This document shows, piece after piece, positions 1 through 10,567 of a DNA stretch of 64,000 nt. This DNA comes from Aureliella sp. GTDB taxonomy: Bacteria; Planctomycetota; Planctomycetia; Pirellulales; Pirellulaceae. Where the stretch lies: contig OY829846.1 in assembly GCA_963691875.1 (NCBI GenBank), positions 2,816,001-2,880,000 on the forward strand, written 5' to 3'. The notes under the pieces are model-generated. The model was not told where the DNA came from. It made no database searches and saw nothing but the letters and a program-made list of their open reading frames with translations. A program made the position numbers and the translations under genes. Position 1 is the first letter of the stretch, and each line of letters begins with the position of its first letter.

Positions 1-2522
1 GGACTAGTCATCAAACTCCACAGCAAGTCCTCGTAAGTCTCTCGCCTGGAAACTTTCTCGGCATCGGCCGCCGCCACCAGCGCTAACAACCTTCGTCTTT
101 CATCCGCAGATGGCCTGCGTGAAAGGGCTGCCAAGTACGCTCGCTCAACAACTTGTTCTGCGGGTGCTGATTCTTCAAGCCAACTGGAAATCACACAAGT
201 CTTCGCCGCTAATTTTTCGTTGATCGTATCGCCATTGCTGAGGTGAAGCACTTGAACCACCGTTGGCTGATTCGAACGTTCACAGTCACATGTGATGCGC
301 CGCTGGTGGCGACCAAAGGTCTTGAGGAAATAATTTACGACGGCGGAGTCGTACAGCTCCAACGACTTGGTACCTTCCGGATAGAAGTCAGTCTTGCGTT
401 TATCTGCACCCTGAAACTCAATTTGCGTAAACTTGGTCGGCACGCCAGTCACCGTCACAATCGCGTCGTGAAGAACTTCCGCCATCAATCGACGCGGATA
501 GTAGTGACTGTAAAACCGCTTGTCGTTTGCGTTGTTTCCTGTCGACTGGGCAGCACGTTGATAGGCGGCCGAGTTCAGGATCAGCCGACTCAGTGCTTTG
601 AGGTCGTAGTCATGCTCGATGACATAGTCGGCCAAAGCGTTAAGCAATCGTTCGCTGCTAGCTGGGTTGCTAGCTCGCAAGTCGTCCACCGACTCTACCA
701 ATCCTACGCCCATGTAGTTTGCCCATACTCGATTTGCGATCGCGCGACTAAAGTAGCGATTGTCGGAACGCGTTAGCCATTCCGCCAACACTTCTCGTCG
801 ATCCTCCGGCGCATCGATCGCAATTGCCTCAGCATCCAGCGGAGCGGGTGCTTGTGGCTTGCCACGTGAAGGCTGAATCAAGTCTCCTCGTTCCAGCACC
901 ACCAAAGTCCGCTTGCCATCACCATTACGGCTGTCGCCGCCCCAGCCTTTCGCTCGGACTCGCGAGTACAGATTTGCCATCGCGTAATACTGATCGTTCG
1001 TCCACTTTTCCAAGGGATGATTGTGACACTTGGCACAACCAATCGAGAGCCCCATAAATGCTTGGCAGGTGTTCTCGGTTAGGGCTTCGGGCGTTTGATG
1101 GATTGCATAAAAATTCGTTGCACCTTGCTCCATACTTTCGCCTCGAGCTAGGACTACCTCCTGAGCAAACTGATCCCAAGGCGTATTGTTTTCAACCTTG
1201 CTGCGAATCCACTTGTAGAATGCTGCAACTGCATCGGGACGCAAGAGATTCCCATTTACAAGCAACAAATCCGACCACTGATAAGACCAGTAGTCGACGT
1301 AGGATTCACTTTTTAGAAGCGAATCCACGAGCTTTTCACGCCGATCATCAGAAGTGTCGCCCAGGAACTTTCGAACTTCGCCGGCGGTCGGCAGAGTCCC
1401 CGTCGTGTCAATGAATGCCCGGCGAATGAAGGTTTCATCCGTACACCGCGGCGAGGGTGTCAAGTTGAGGAGTTTCCATTCTTCGAGCAAAATCTCATCG
1501 ATGAAGTTTTGCGTTTTGAAGTCCTGGTAGGCAACTTCGGTAACTTGCTGATCATAGGGAACGACGATCGAGGAGATCGCAATGCGGCTCGCAAACCAGG
1601 CAACTACTGCTCCCTTACCACTTCCGACAACTTGTACTCGACCGTCTTCTGACACTTCTAAGACGGCTTCGTTCGTAGAACTAAACTTCGCCCAGTGCGT
1701 CACGTCTTCGATGCGACCGTCGTCGTAGTGGGCTCGCACAACGATTTCTTGCTTCGACGCCGCGTTAGTTTGCAGGCGAAGCGATTCCGGGAGCACTTCG
1801 ATACGCTCGAGCTTTGCATCGGTCGGCTGAACGCCCGGTGAACCACCAGCAATCCAATCTGCAAGAATCTTGTAATCTGCTGAGTCCGCATCTAGTCGCA
1901 AGCCACCTTTGTGCGCGATCTGCGTCGTCGGCTTGCCAAGCAGCAGACTCCGCACAGGGTCGGCTGGTTCAATCCGCCGACCTCGGTCCTGACGAGTAAT
2001 CGTGTAATGGTCAGCTAAGCTATCGTAGCCACGCAGTGACAAGCGAAATCCGCCTTTTCCAGACAGTGCGCCATGGCACGCACCGCTATTGCAACCAGCT
2101 TTGGTCAGCACTGACTGAACGTGCGCATCAAACTGGTATTCGCGATCTTTCCCTGAGCCACTCACTTGAATCGGAACTTCGATTGGTTGTTCAATCCCGA
2201 CGCCGGTGACTCGCAAAGTTGTCTCACCGTCCGAAACAGCTACCACGCGTCCCGCCTCAATGTGAGCGATCGTTTCGTCAACAATGGAGAGCTTGGCATC
2301 AACAAGTTGTGAGCCGATTACTTCGCCGTGAACGTGCTGCACCAAAACTCGCGACGATGCTTCGTCTCCCGATAATTCGATCGAAGTAGGCAGCACGACG
2401 AAGCTCGACGGATGCTCATCCGCAGGAGCCGCCCTCAGACAAGAACTACTATGCGCGAGGAGAATAATCATGCACGAGCGAACAAAGAACGAAAAACGGT
2501 GCGAAAGGCGACGAAAAGACAT
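1..2522 (-). CDS. DUF1549/DUF1553 (PSD1/PSCyt2) domain secreted protein with Ig-like repeats; 3' end runs off the window
   Basis: Not in the ORF track because it is open at the edge. ATG at 2522 gives MSFRRLSHRFSFFVRSCMIILLAHSS. Segments I translated include VLTKAGCNSGACHGALSGKGGFRLSLRGYD and, at the edge and in the same frame as the ATG, YEDLLWSLMTS, all typical of this planctomycete family. Confidence 0.85.
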   Translation of the reverse strand, partial: MSFRRLSHRFSFFVRSCMIILLAHSSSCLRAAPADEHPSSFVVLPTSIELSGDEASSRVLVQHVHGEVIGSQLVDAKLSIVDETIAHIEAGRVVAVSDGETTLRVTGVGIEQPIEVPIQVSGSGKDREYQFDAHVQSVLTKAGCNSGACHGALSGKGGFRLSLRGYDSLADHYTITRQDRGRRIEPADPVRSLLLGKPTTQIAHKGGLRLDADSADYKILADWIAGGSPGVQPTDAKLERIEVLPESLRLQTNAASKQEIVVRAHYDDGRIEDVTHWAKFSSTNEAVLEVSEDGRVQVVGSGKGAVVAWFASRIAISSIVVPYDQQVTEVAYQDFKTQNFIDEILLEEWKLLNLTPSPRCTDETFIRRAFIDTTGTLPTAGEVRKFLGDTSDDRREKLVDSLLKSESYVDYWSYQWSDLLLVNGNLLRPDAVAAFYKWIRSKVENNTPWDQFAQEVVLARGESMEQGATNFYAIHQTPEALTENTCQAFMGLSIGCAKCHNHPLEKWTNDQYYAMANLYSRVRAKGWGGDSRNGDGKRTLVVLERGDLIQPSRGKPQAPAPLDAEAIAIDAPEDRREVLAEWLTRSDNRYFSRAIANRVWANYMGVGLVESVDDLRASNPASSERLLNALADYVIEHDYDLKALSRLILNSAAYQRAAQSTGNNANDKRFYSHYYPRRLMAEVLHDAIVTVTGVPTKFTQIEFQGADKRKTDFYPEGTKSLELYDSAVVNYFLKTFGRHQRRITCDCERSNQPTVVQVLHLSNGDTINEKLAAKTCVISSWLEESAPAEQVVERAYLAALSRRPSADERRRLLALVAAADAEKVSRRETYEDLLWSLMTS

Positions 2523-2692
2523 CGGTTCGTCCAGGCGGGAAGGAAGCGGGATGCAGCACTTGTCATCTTACACCAAGGCAAGCCCATCTTCACAGCAGGA
2601 GCCACGAACTGCAGGGCTTAGCAGAGTTTTACGTTGGCGATGTGAGCCGTACGCGAAAGCGTCGGACTGCTGGTTCCTTCAGAGCTCACACT

Positions 2693-2723
2693 AAAAAAGC
2701 CGCGAGTGGAACTCGCGGCTTTT
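2693..2723 (-). terminator. Rho-independent terminator downstream of fusA (possibly bidirectional)
   Basis: aaaaaaGCCGCGAGT-gga-ACTCGCGGCtttt; perfect stem flanked by A/T runs, about 35 nt after the fusA stop. Confidence 0.85.
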
Positions 2724-2757
2724 CGATATTTTATTCGATGAAAACTATGCAGAAGCG

Positions 2758-4890
2758 CTACTTAGCACCAGCCAATTCGGCCTTCTTACGCTCAGCGATA
2801 ACATCTTCCTGAACGTTGTTCGGGCACTTGCGGTAGCAAAGTAGTTCCATGGTAAAGGTACCTTGACCTTTGGTCATCGAACGCAAGTCAGTTGCGTAGC
2901 CAAAGGTCTCAGCCAGAGGTACTTCAGCCACGATGTACGAGATCGAATCACGTACGTCGGTGGAGCTAACGAGGCCACGGCGGCGAATAACGTCACCAAC
3001 GACGTCCCCTTGGTACTCCTCAGGGCACTCGATTTCGCAACGCATGATTGGCTCAAGCAGAGCGGGCTTGGACTTCTGCATTGATTCGCGGAAGCAACCT
3101 TGAGCAGCGATGTAGAAGGCACGCTCCGAAGAGTCAACGTCGTGGTAGCTACCGTCACGCAGGTCGATGCGAATACCAACAACTGGGTAGTCAGCTAAAG
3201 GCCCCTTGCCCAGCGAGTCTCGCATGCCCTTCTCGATCGGAGCAATAAATTGCTTTGGAATGCGACCACCGACGATATGCTCTTCAAATTCGAAGGAGTC
3301 TTCGGAGTCGGATTCAATTGGAGTCAACTCGCCGACCATATGGGCGTACTGACCGGAACCACCTGTCTGCTTCTTGTGCTTGTAGTTAAACTCGACCTTT
3401 TCGCCAGGAGCTTCTCGGTAACTTACCTTGGGAGCACCGGCTTCGATCTCGATCTTGTACTCACGACGCATCCGCTCGATATAAATATCGAGGTGAAGCT
3501 CGCCCATTCCGGAGATGATCGTTTCGCCTGTTTCCTCGTCGTTTTGAACGCGGAAAGTTGGGTCTTCCTTGCGGAAACGCTGAAGAGCCTTGGTCATCTT
3601 ATCTGCGTCGGAACGAGCAGGATTGACCGAAACCTTGATCACAGGCTCCGGCACAAACATGCTTTCCAGAGTGCAGAAGTCGCGATCGTTGGCGTAAGTT
3701 TCACCAGAGGCACAATCGATACCCATGATCGCGACGATGTCACCGGCAGAGGCGGTATCGATTTCCTCCCGATCATCCGAGTGCATCCGCACGATCCGAC
3801 TGAAGCGATCCTTTCGGCCGGTGCGCTGGTTGGTGTACATTTCACCCTTCTTGATGCTACCTTGATAGATTCGCATGAAGGTCAGCTGACCGTAAGGGTC
3901 TTCGACGATCTTGAAAGCCATCCCGACGAATGGAGCATCTGGATCTGGCTTCAGTTCCATCTTTTCTGGCTCAGCACCAGCTTCTGCATTCTTGTCCACC
4001 TTCAGAGCAGAGATGTCACGCTCCAGTGGGCTAGGCAAGTAACGAGTTACGGCGTCGAGCAAAGGCTGAACACCCTTGTTCTTAAAGGCTGTTCCGACAA
4101 AGACTGGTGTGAAGCCTTGATTTTGTACCGCGTCCTTCGTGACTTGGTGGATCAACTCGATGGAGATTTCTTCTTCGCTGAGAAGCTTTTCCATCATTTC
4201 GTCGTTGTACATCGCCATCGCTTCGAGCATCGCGTGGCGATGCTCTTGAGCTTCGTCTTGTAGCTCAGCAGGGATGTCGTACTCTTCGACTTCGCTACCT
4301 TGCTCACCAACGAAACGTAGGGCCTTCATGGTGATCAAGTCGATGCAACCTTCGTAGGTTTCACCAGCACCGATTGGCAATTGGTAGAGAACTGCGTCGG
4401 CGTTCAACTTGTCCTTCATCATTTGGACCACGTTGTGAGCGTCGGCACCAGTTCGGTCCATCTTGTTGATGAATGCCAGGCGCGGCACGTTGTAGCGTCG
4501 CATTTGACGGTCCACTGTCAGCGACTGGGACTGAACGCCGCCAACAGCACAAAGAACCAGAACAGCTCCGTCGAGAACACGCAAGCTACGCTCAACTTCG
4601 ATCGTGAAGTCCACGTGGCCAGGTGTGTCGATCAAGTTGATGTGGTGTGGCTCGGACACGTTCTGATCTGGTCGTCCACCCCAGGATACGGTGGTAGCCG
4701 CACTGGTGATCGTGATACCACGCTCTTGCTCGAGCTCCATGTGGTCCATCGTCGCACCGTCACCGTCACCCTTAACTTCTTCGATTTTGTGGATTCGACC
4801 GGTGTAGTACAAGATCCGCTCGCTGAGCGTCGTCTTGCCGGAGTCGATGTGAGCGCTGATACCGATGTTACGTACTTTTGAGAGATCCAT
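2758..4890 (-). CDS. fusA: Elongation factor G
   Basis: 710 aa; RNIGISAHIDSGKTT, RGITITSA, DTPGHVDF, NKMD, GMGELHL and DGSYHDVDSSE motifs. Confidence 0.97.
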   Translation of the reverse strand: MDLSKVRNIGISAHIDSGKTTLSERILYYTGRIHKIEEVKGDGDGATMDHMELEQERGITITSAATTVSWGGRPDQNVSEPHHINLIDTPGHVDFTIEVERSLRVLDGAVLVLCAVGGVQSQSLTVDRQMRRYNVPRLAFINKMDRTGADAHNVVQMMKDKLNADAVLYQLPIGAGETYEGCIDLITMKALRFVGEQGSEVEEYDIPAELQDEAQEHRHAMLEAMAMYNDEMMEKLLSEEEISIELIHQVTKDAVQNQGFTPVFVGTAFKNKGVQPLLDAVTRYLPSPLERDISALKVDKNAEAGAEPEKMELKPDPDAPFVGMAFKIVEDPYGQLTFMRIYQGSIKKGEMYTNQRTGRKDRFSRIVRMHSDDREEIDTASAGDIVAIMGIDCASGETYANDRDFCTLESMFVPEPVIKVSVNPARSDADKMTKALQRFRKEDPTFRVQNDEETGETIISGMGELHLDIYIERMRREYKIEIEAGAPKVSYREAPGEKVEFNYKHKKQTGGSGQYAHMVGELTPIESDSEDSFEFEEHIVGGRIPKQFIAPIEKGMRDSLGKGPLADYPVVGIRIDLRDGSYHDVDSSERAFYIAAQGCFRESMQKSKPALLEPIMRCEIECPEEYQGDVVGDVIRRRGLVSSTDVRDSISYIVAEVPLAETFGYATDLRSMTKGQGTFTMELLCYRKCPNNVQEDVIAERKKAELAGAK

Positions 4891-5319
4891 ATTGCACCTA
4901 GTGGATGTACCGATACCTCGAAAATTGTTTTGGTAGTCTGTGCAAGCTGCACAGTGGGAAAATGCAAAATTAATTTAGGACGGTTTCGTCAAACCTCAAA
5001 CCTGCGATTCAGTCGAACCGGAAATTCTTCAACGGAAGAAAATCAGCCTTCCGCTGGTACGAAACCCAGATTCAATTGCTTCAAGGGAGACATTCTCTCC
5101 ATCTGGATGCTGCCGCCAAGGTCTCTGAGCAGCCTGCTTGAATCCGTCAGAAGCCTCATTTTGCCTGAGGCTCAAAGTCGCGTAGGAAAGTGAACATAAT
5201 CTTACAAGTTCCGTCTGGGCAGGGAAGAGCAAAAACCCCCTCTACGGAGGTGGTCGCCGCGTTTTCTCTCGAGTCCCTCAATATTGCTCGTTCGAGAAGA
5301 AAAATAGACGCTCTTTGCA

Positions 5320-6410
5320 CCCTTAGTCCTGAACCAAACCTGCCATTTCTAACAGCCCTGGCGTGTTCTCCACATCTGGTCACAGATTACGACGTGCTAG
5401 CAGCCTGCTTTAGGCAGAGGGAACTTGGGGGACTAGCGTGAGTGGGGGGACCTGGAAATGCTGGCGACGTGAATTCGGCGGCATAAAGTCAAATGAAGCG
5501 CAGCTTCTTTAGAAATTGGTCGCTGAGGCAACGTTGAACAAGAAGATCCAGAAGATTACCGCCGAGGGAAACCTCCAAGCCGGGTCCGTCGCAGTGAGGC
5601 TATTCTGAAGGCGCAGGAGCAGTTTCAAGTGCCGGCACATCAGACATACAAGTTGCTTGGACAGCTGCGGAATACGCAATGTTACAAAACGCAAGCGAAG
5701 ATTAATAAGCCTGTGTTACTTTTGCAGATTCATCGTTTAGCTCGTGAATCTGCGTGTCACGGCTACCGTACGATTACTGGTTTACTTCGTTAGCATGGCA
5801 CGGCGATCATTTTCAAGCGCATGTATCGCATTCGGCAGGAAAAAGCTTGATAGTGTCACCATCAAACCCCGGACCATCCTCGAGCAGGAATGGGGGTACG
5901 ACGCCTAAGAGCGGAGTCTGCCAATCCTATTTGAAGCATGGGTTTTTTATTCGAGCGGACAAACAAAGAAGGCCGATCAAAATCCTCGCGTTTATCGACG
6001 AGTTTGCACGCGAGTGCATTGCTCTAGAGGTGAACCGAAGGCTTACCGGCATGACCTGTTTGATCGCCTAAGCGTCTGGCTCACGAAGTTCGGTGCATCA
6101 AAATATATTTACAGAGATAATGAGCCCGAGTTCATATCGAATTGGCTGCGTCAGTTCCCGGCAAGAGTAGGCATCCGATCGTGCTTTATTTGGAACAGGC
6201 GGCCCCGGGGGAAATACCGAGATCGAAGGCTTCGACAGCAGACAGCGAGACGACGGCTTGTCGTCCGAAGCATTCGACACTCGTGAACAAGCTCGTCAAA
6301 TTATCGGCAATTGGTGATCCCACTATAACCACCGTCACCACAACCTCAGCGGCATACACGAAGGCAGAGGCAACAGTGAAGGCGGACAGGGCTCTGAATC
6401 ACCTCATTGG
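5320..6410 (+). mobile_element. Degenerate IS3-family transposase remnant (orfA/orfB); ends approximate
   Basis: orfA-like VSGGTWKCWRREFGGIKSNEA from 5438; GGGAAAC slippery-type junction at 5566-5572; orfB-like RPIKILAFIDEFARECIALEVNRRL and YRDNEPEFIS in different frames; multiple stops and frameshifts. Confidence 0.8.
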
Positions 6411-6678
6411 CTAAACCCGCGACTTCGTAGGCTGAAACCTACCGATTGGGCACGCTCCCCTCTGCGCCAATTGCGCAAGTCCGCCACTACCGCAGCACGC
6501 CAGCTGCGCATGCTCGCCACCAATCACCAACTACCGTAACGCGAACACGCCAAGGCCGGCGTAAGTTCGCCATTACATCTGATTCTAGTTGATGTAAATA
6601 CTTACGCTCCTAGACTGGCCGCTATCACCTCAAATTAGCGTTTTTCATCCCAAAGGGTCTAGGAAAGCGATCTTCCCT

Positions 6679-7044
6679 ATGAAGGGCCTGCTCTTCACAA
6701 CTGCTCTTTTGTTCCCACTGTTGCAATGCGCACCAGTGGCTAGGGCTGGCGTCATGCTATGTGGAGAATACGAAGAATCAGGTAAGCCTGCAAACCATCT
6801 CGAGTTGCCCTACCAAGACTACGACGGTGAGATTGCTAGCGTTGACTTTCATCCGTCATCCACGTGCTTACCAGCCGATGTAGCATCGACCAGTCGTCGC
6901 TCCATAGAAGTCGATCTGAGCTGCGTTGAGCGGCTAAATCAGTTTCGATCATCATGCTATCCAGCACTCTGCTACACCATGCTGAAAATACCGATTCTCT
7001 TGATTGAAAAAGCTCTTATAGATGCAGTTTTAGGTTATCACTGA
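6679..7044 (+). CDS. Hypothetical secreted protein upstream of the PEP-CTERM gene
   Basis: 121 aa ORF with a signal-peptide-like N-terminus (LLFTTALLFPLLQCAPVARA). Confidence 0.5.
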   Translation: MKGLLFTTALLFPLLQCAPVARAGVMLCGEYEESGKPANHLELPYQDYDGEIASVDFHPSSTCLPADVASTSRRSIEVDLSCVERLNQFRSSCYPALCYTMLKIPILLIEKALIDAVLGYH

Positions 7045-7107
7045 AAACTGCAATTCTTATTTTCAATCTTGGTGGGATAACACCGCCACACAAAAGGTAT
7101 TTCTAAG

Positions 7108-7959
7108 ATGAGAAAGTATTTCTTAACTCTCGCGGCCACTCTACTTGCAGCAAGTTCTGTGAATGCAGCAGTCATGACAAATGGCTCATTGGTCGTCGAC
7201 ATTACTAACAGCAACGGTGCGATCGACGCTGTTGTTTTTCAGGGCAACGACTTTTACAACCCTGGAAGTCCTGTCTCAGACTTTGGCCTGCAAATTGGCA
7301 CCGACACTGGATCTTTTCGGTTCAATACAACGACGGGAGTTGACGGGATTGGAATGGCAGTGACTGGCAGTACTGCAACATCGGTCACTGCTTCTGGAAC
7401 CTACTTGGGTCAAGTGAATGTTACAAGAGTGTATGAACTTGTAGCAGGACTAAATGTGCTGAAGGTCACGACGACCCTAGATGCTCTAGTCGGTGTCTCA
7501 GATTTGCGTCTGTTCGACACAGCCGATCCAGATCAAGGTAGTGGCTCAGCAACGATCAATGATCGTCGAACCCTAGCTGGAGGAACAGTTTTGCAGGCCG
7601 CTGGTTCAGTTAATACCGACACCACTATCTGGGGCTTTGTCACTGACAGTGGCGGGTTCTCTGGCGGTTTTGGGCTTGGAATTAATACCGGTTTCAAGTT
7701 GAACGCCTTTTTCAGTTCCGGTGGCTTCGATCCAAATGGCGGTTTTTCCGATATCGGTATGGCCATTGGCAACGAGTTCAGTCTTTCAGCCGGTCAATCC
7801 GTCACAGTATCATATGCCCAAGCTTATGGAGACAATGTCCTGGAGGCTGAGAACGAGTTCCTGGCCTACGCTTCTTCGGCTGCGGTGCCTGAACCAACTT
7901 CTTTGGGTATCTGGGCGATTGGCCTGGTAGGAGTCGGTTTTGCACGGCGTCGACGCTAG
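7108..7959 (+). CDS. PEP-CTERM sorting domain surface protein
   Basis: Signal peptide plus C-terminal VPEPTSLGIWAIGLVGVGFARRRR. Confidence 0.92.
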   Translation: MRKYFLTLAATLLAASSVNAAVMTNGSLVVDITNSNGAIDAVVFQGNDFYNPGSPVSDFGLQIGTDTGSFRFNTTTGVDGIGMAVTGSTATSVTASGTYLGQVNVTRVYELVAGLNVLKVTTTLDALVGVSDLRLFDTADPDQGSGSATINDRRTLAGGTVLQAAGSVNTDTTIWGFVTDSGGFSGGFGLGINTGFKLNAFFSSGGFDPNGGFSDIGMAIGNEFSLSAGQSVTVSYAQAYGDNVLEAENEFLAYASSAAVPEPTSLGIWAIGLVGVGFARRRR

Positions 7960-7995
7960 CACTCCAATTCAAGACTAAACCAAATTGAACTCTTC

Positions 7996-8034
7996 AGGCC
8001 AGTTTGCGGCAAGGCAAGTTGGCCTAATTTTTTT
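7996..8034 (+). terminator. Probable Rho-independent terminator after the PEP-CTERM gene
   Basis: AGGCCAGTTTGC...GCAAGTTGGCCT stem followed by a T7 run. Confidence 0.6.
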
Positions 8035-8194
8035 AATGGGCTGGCCACGCGTTCACTTGCTAGGCGTTTTTCCGATGGATGTTTGAGCACAGGCGTGGTC
8101 GCCCTTTGAAGATTTTCATGGTGCGTCTCGTATTCTAAGGTCTTGAGCATATGCAGTTGGTTTCCGCCAATTACGAGGGCAGGTTGTAATCGGT

Positions 8195-9219
8195 ATGAAC
8201 GATTTGGTGAACCAAAGGGAAAGGACGTCCCGCAAACGCCGTCGCTGGCCACGCTTTTTGCTCGCCGCGATCGTGATTTGGTTTGTCGGCGACTTTGGCT
8301 ACTCGTGCAACGTCAGCTATCGCATTCGCGAGTGGAAAAACTCGGTGCCCTGGACCGAAGAAGTACTGGCTCCTGACGCGGCCGAAGGCGAAGCGGGCGA
8401 AGGGGACGTCGCCCTGCTGATGGTCCACGGCTTTGGCGACTCACTACAGACATACCGAAAGCTGATGCCGGAACCGGCCCAAAATGGCTATCACTGCAAA
8501 GCAATTCTTCTACCCGGCTTTGGCAAGGATGTGGATACCTATGTGCGGCAGAAGTGGAACAGTGGCTGGGAAAAGTCGAAGACGAGATGGCGGCGCTAAA
8601 GCAATCCCATCGCCAAGTGTGGATTGTCGCTCATTCGCTCGGCGGTGCGATCTCGATCAATCATGGCTTGAATCAAAAACATTCAAAATCGGACGCCGCC
8701 ATGCCGGACGGATTGTTGCTGTTGGCTCCCGCTATCGAAGTCTCAAACCAGCGCAGTCCGATCTTTCCGAAGCGTTTCTTGCATGAGTGGAGCAAGTACG
8801 CCTTGCCATCGTCTCGGATTACTTGCTCGCCTTTTCCGATGGACGCCCGTGATCCAGCCGAACAGGAACGCGAGCACCGCAATATCTTTTCGCCGCGTCC
8901 CATCGTCACCAATACCTTTACCCTTATTGCTGTAAAACGCGTCCTAGCATCGGAGCCCAGACTACCGAGGCTTGTCGTACTCGCAGAACAGGACCGAGTC
9001 GTGGACTCGGGCCTAACGGCAGATCCCTTCGAACAAATCGGTAGCTCCGAGAAAGAACTGCTGCGACTAAAACTATCGGGACATAATGTACCCGTTGACG
9101 TCGAATGGAAAACGATCAGCAAGGCCATCAAGACCTTTCTCACTTCGCACCCGCCTTCGAAGCCGGATTTGCAAGAATTCCAATGTTGCCAAGTCCCTCC
9201 GACATGCTTTGCTCGATGA
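8195..9219 (+). pseudogene. Alpha/beta hydrolase (carboxylesterase-like), frameshifted near 8545-8553
   Basis: ORF 8195-8599 has a TM anchor and the VHGFG oxyanion motif; overlapping ORF 8554-9219 has AHSLGG (nucleophile), DRVVD and SGH. Confidence 0.75.
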
Positions 9220-9715
9220 CATTCGCGGTTCTATCTCCAACGCGACCACGCGTGTAGGCCGCGAATAAGCGCAGCGTTGTTCTGACGACGCCGTCCAAGG
9301 CCCACCCAATCAAAGCGCTGCCTCAGAATATGATTCTGGACGCTCTATGACGGCAGGGATTTGCACCATGAAGCCACGAAGGGGTTGCTTGCAAGTTTCC
9401 AATGTAAATTGCTAGTGTCAAAAAGTTGTGACCGGATCGGTGCCAATTCGCTTCCCCCGAAGTCCTTCTGCACGCCCAAAGCGGAACAGCTACAATTAGC
9501 ACTAGTCGCGTCACGCCCAGCCGAGTCGTTAAACGCCGAGGCGTAGACGCTGGCTTCCTCTGGCGTCGATTTGAATGGTAGCCAGCATCTCCGCTACCAC
9601 GCCATAACATCGTCGCGTTCGTTAGCGGCCTACAGACGAACAGGCACGCCAAAGCGGCGTCCAACGTGACGGCTACAGCAAGGCCTGCATAACTAACTCA
9701 CCCCCTGGATTCCCC

Positions 9716-10567
9716 ATGAACCGTTTTGTTACTTGCCGGCAGCATATCTTGTTGGCGGCTCTTGTCGTCGCGTTTCCCGCCCTCACCCAAGCCCAATCGA
9801 AGCCATCGGTCGAAATCGAGCTGGCCGGAATTCAAGTTGTTCACCAGGGAATCGACAGCAAAGAGCAGTTTGTCGGTTCTTATCCCTTCAATGCGATGCA
9901 GAAAGGTTGTCGCCTTGCGTTGATTCTCAAGTCAACCGACAAACGCATCATCGACATCGACATTGCGAGGTCTAAGTTAGAAGCCTTCATCGACAGCACA
10001 CGCCAGAGCCTTCTCAACGAGAAGCCAGACCCGAAGAACTTCGGCCATCAAGATGGCTTTGATTCCTTTCCCAAGGTGGCGGAAGACGGCAAAGTCGCCG
10101 TGGTTACCATAGTGGGTTCCAAGCTTCCGAAGAAGGAGGCTACGAAGCTGGGGGCGAAAGGGGAATTAGTTATCCAACTTGCGAGCAAAACCGAGAACAA
10201 GAAGTCGCCTGCAACGAAACTCGAGAAGGGACAGAAGCTGACAGTTGGCGATATCAAGCTTTCGATCAGCGAAGTTGGTAAGCCGCAGTTTTTTGCAAGC
10301 GAGTTTGAATTCGAGGTTGCTTTGGCTTCCTCAAACAAAGCGTTCGACAACGTCGCGGCAATTAAGTTTCTGGATAGCGATGGCAAGGAGATAGAATCAG
10401 GATGGACCGGCGACGGCTCGGTGGGCTTTGGCGACAACTTTACTTACACCAAGAACTTCGGACTCAAGAAAGCTCCCATGGGTAATGTTACTGTTGAACT
10501 AGAATTGTGGACGGATCTTAAAGAGGAAAAAATCCCCTTCGCCTTCACAGCCGGTTTCGGGCGGTGA
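9716..10567 (+). CDS. Hypothetical secreted protein
   Basis: 283 aa; signal peptide ending ALTQA; beta-rich composition. Confidence 0.8.
   Translation: MNRFVTCRQHILLAALVVAFPALTQAQSKPSVEIELAGIQVVHQGIDSKEQFVGSYPFNAMQKGCRLALILKSTDKRIIDIDIARSKLEAFIDSTRQSLLNEKPDPKNFGHQDGFDSFPKVAEDGKVAVVTIVGSKLPKKEATKLGAKGELVIQLASKTENKKSPATKLEKGQKLTVGDIKLSISEVGKPQFFASEFEFEVALASSNKAFDNVAAIKFLDSDGKEIESGWTGDGSVGFGDNFTYTKNFGLKKAPMGNVTVELELWTDLKEEKIPFAFTAGFGR

Noticed and set aside
3250..4263. 337-aa plus-strand ORF and similar long antisense ORFs (e.g. 243-776, 56774-57397)
   Set aside because: Shadow frames opposite well-supported genes, with no recognisable motifs.
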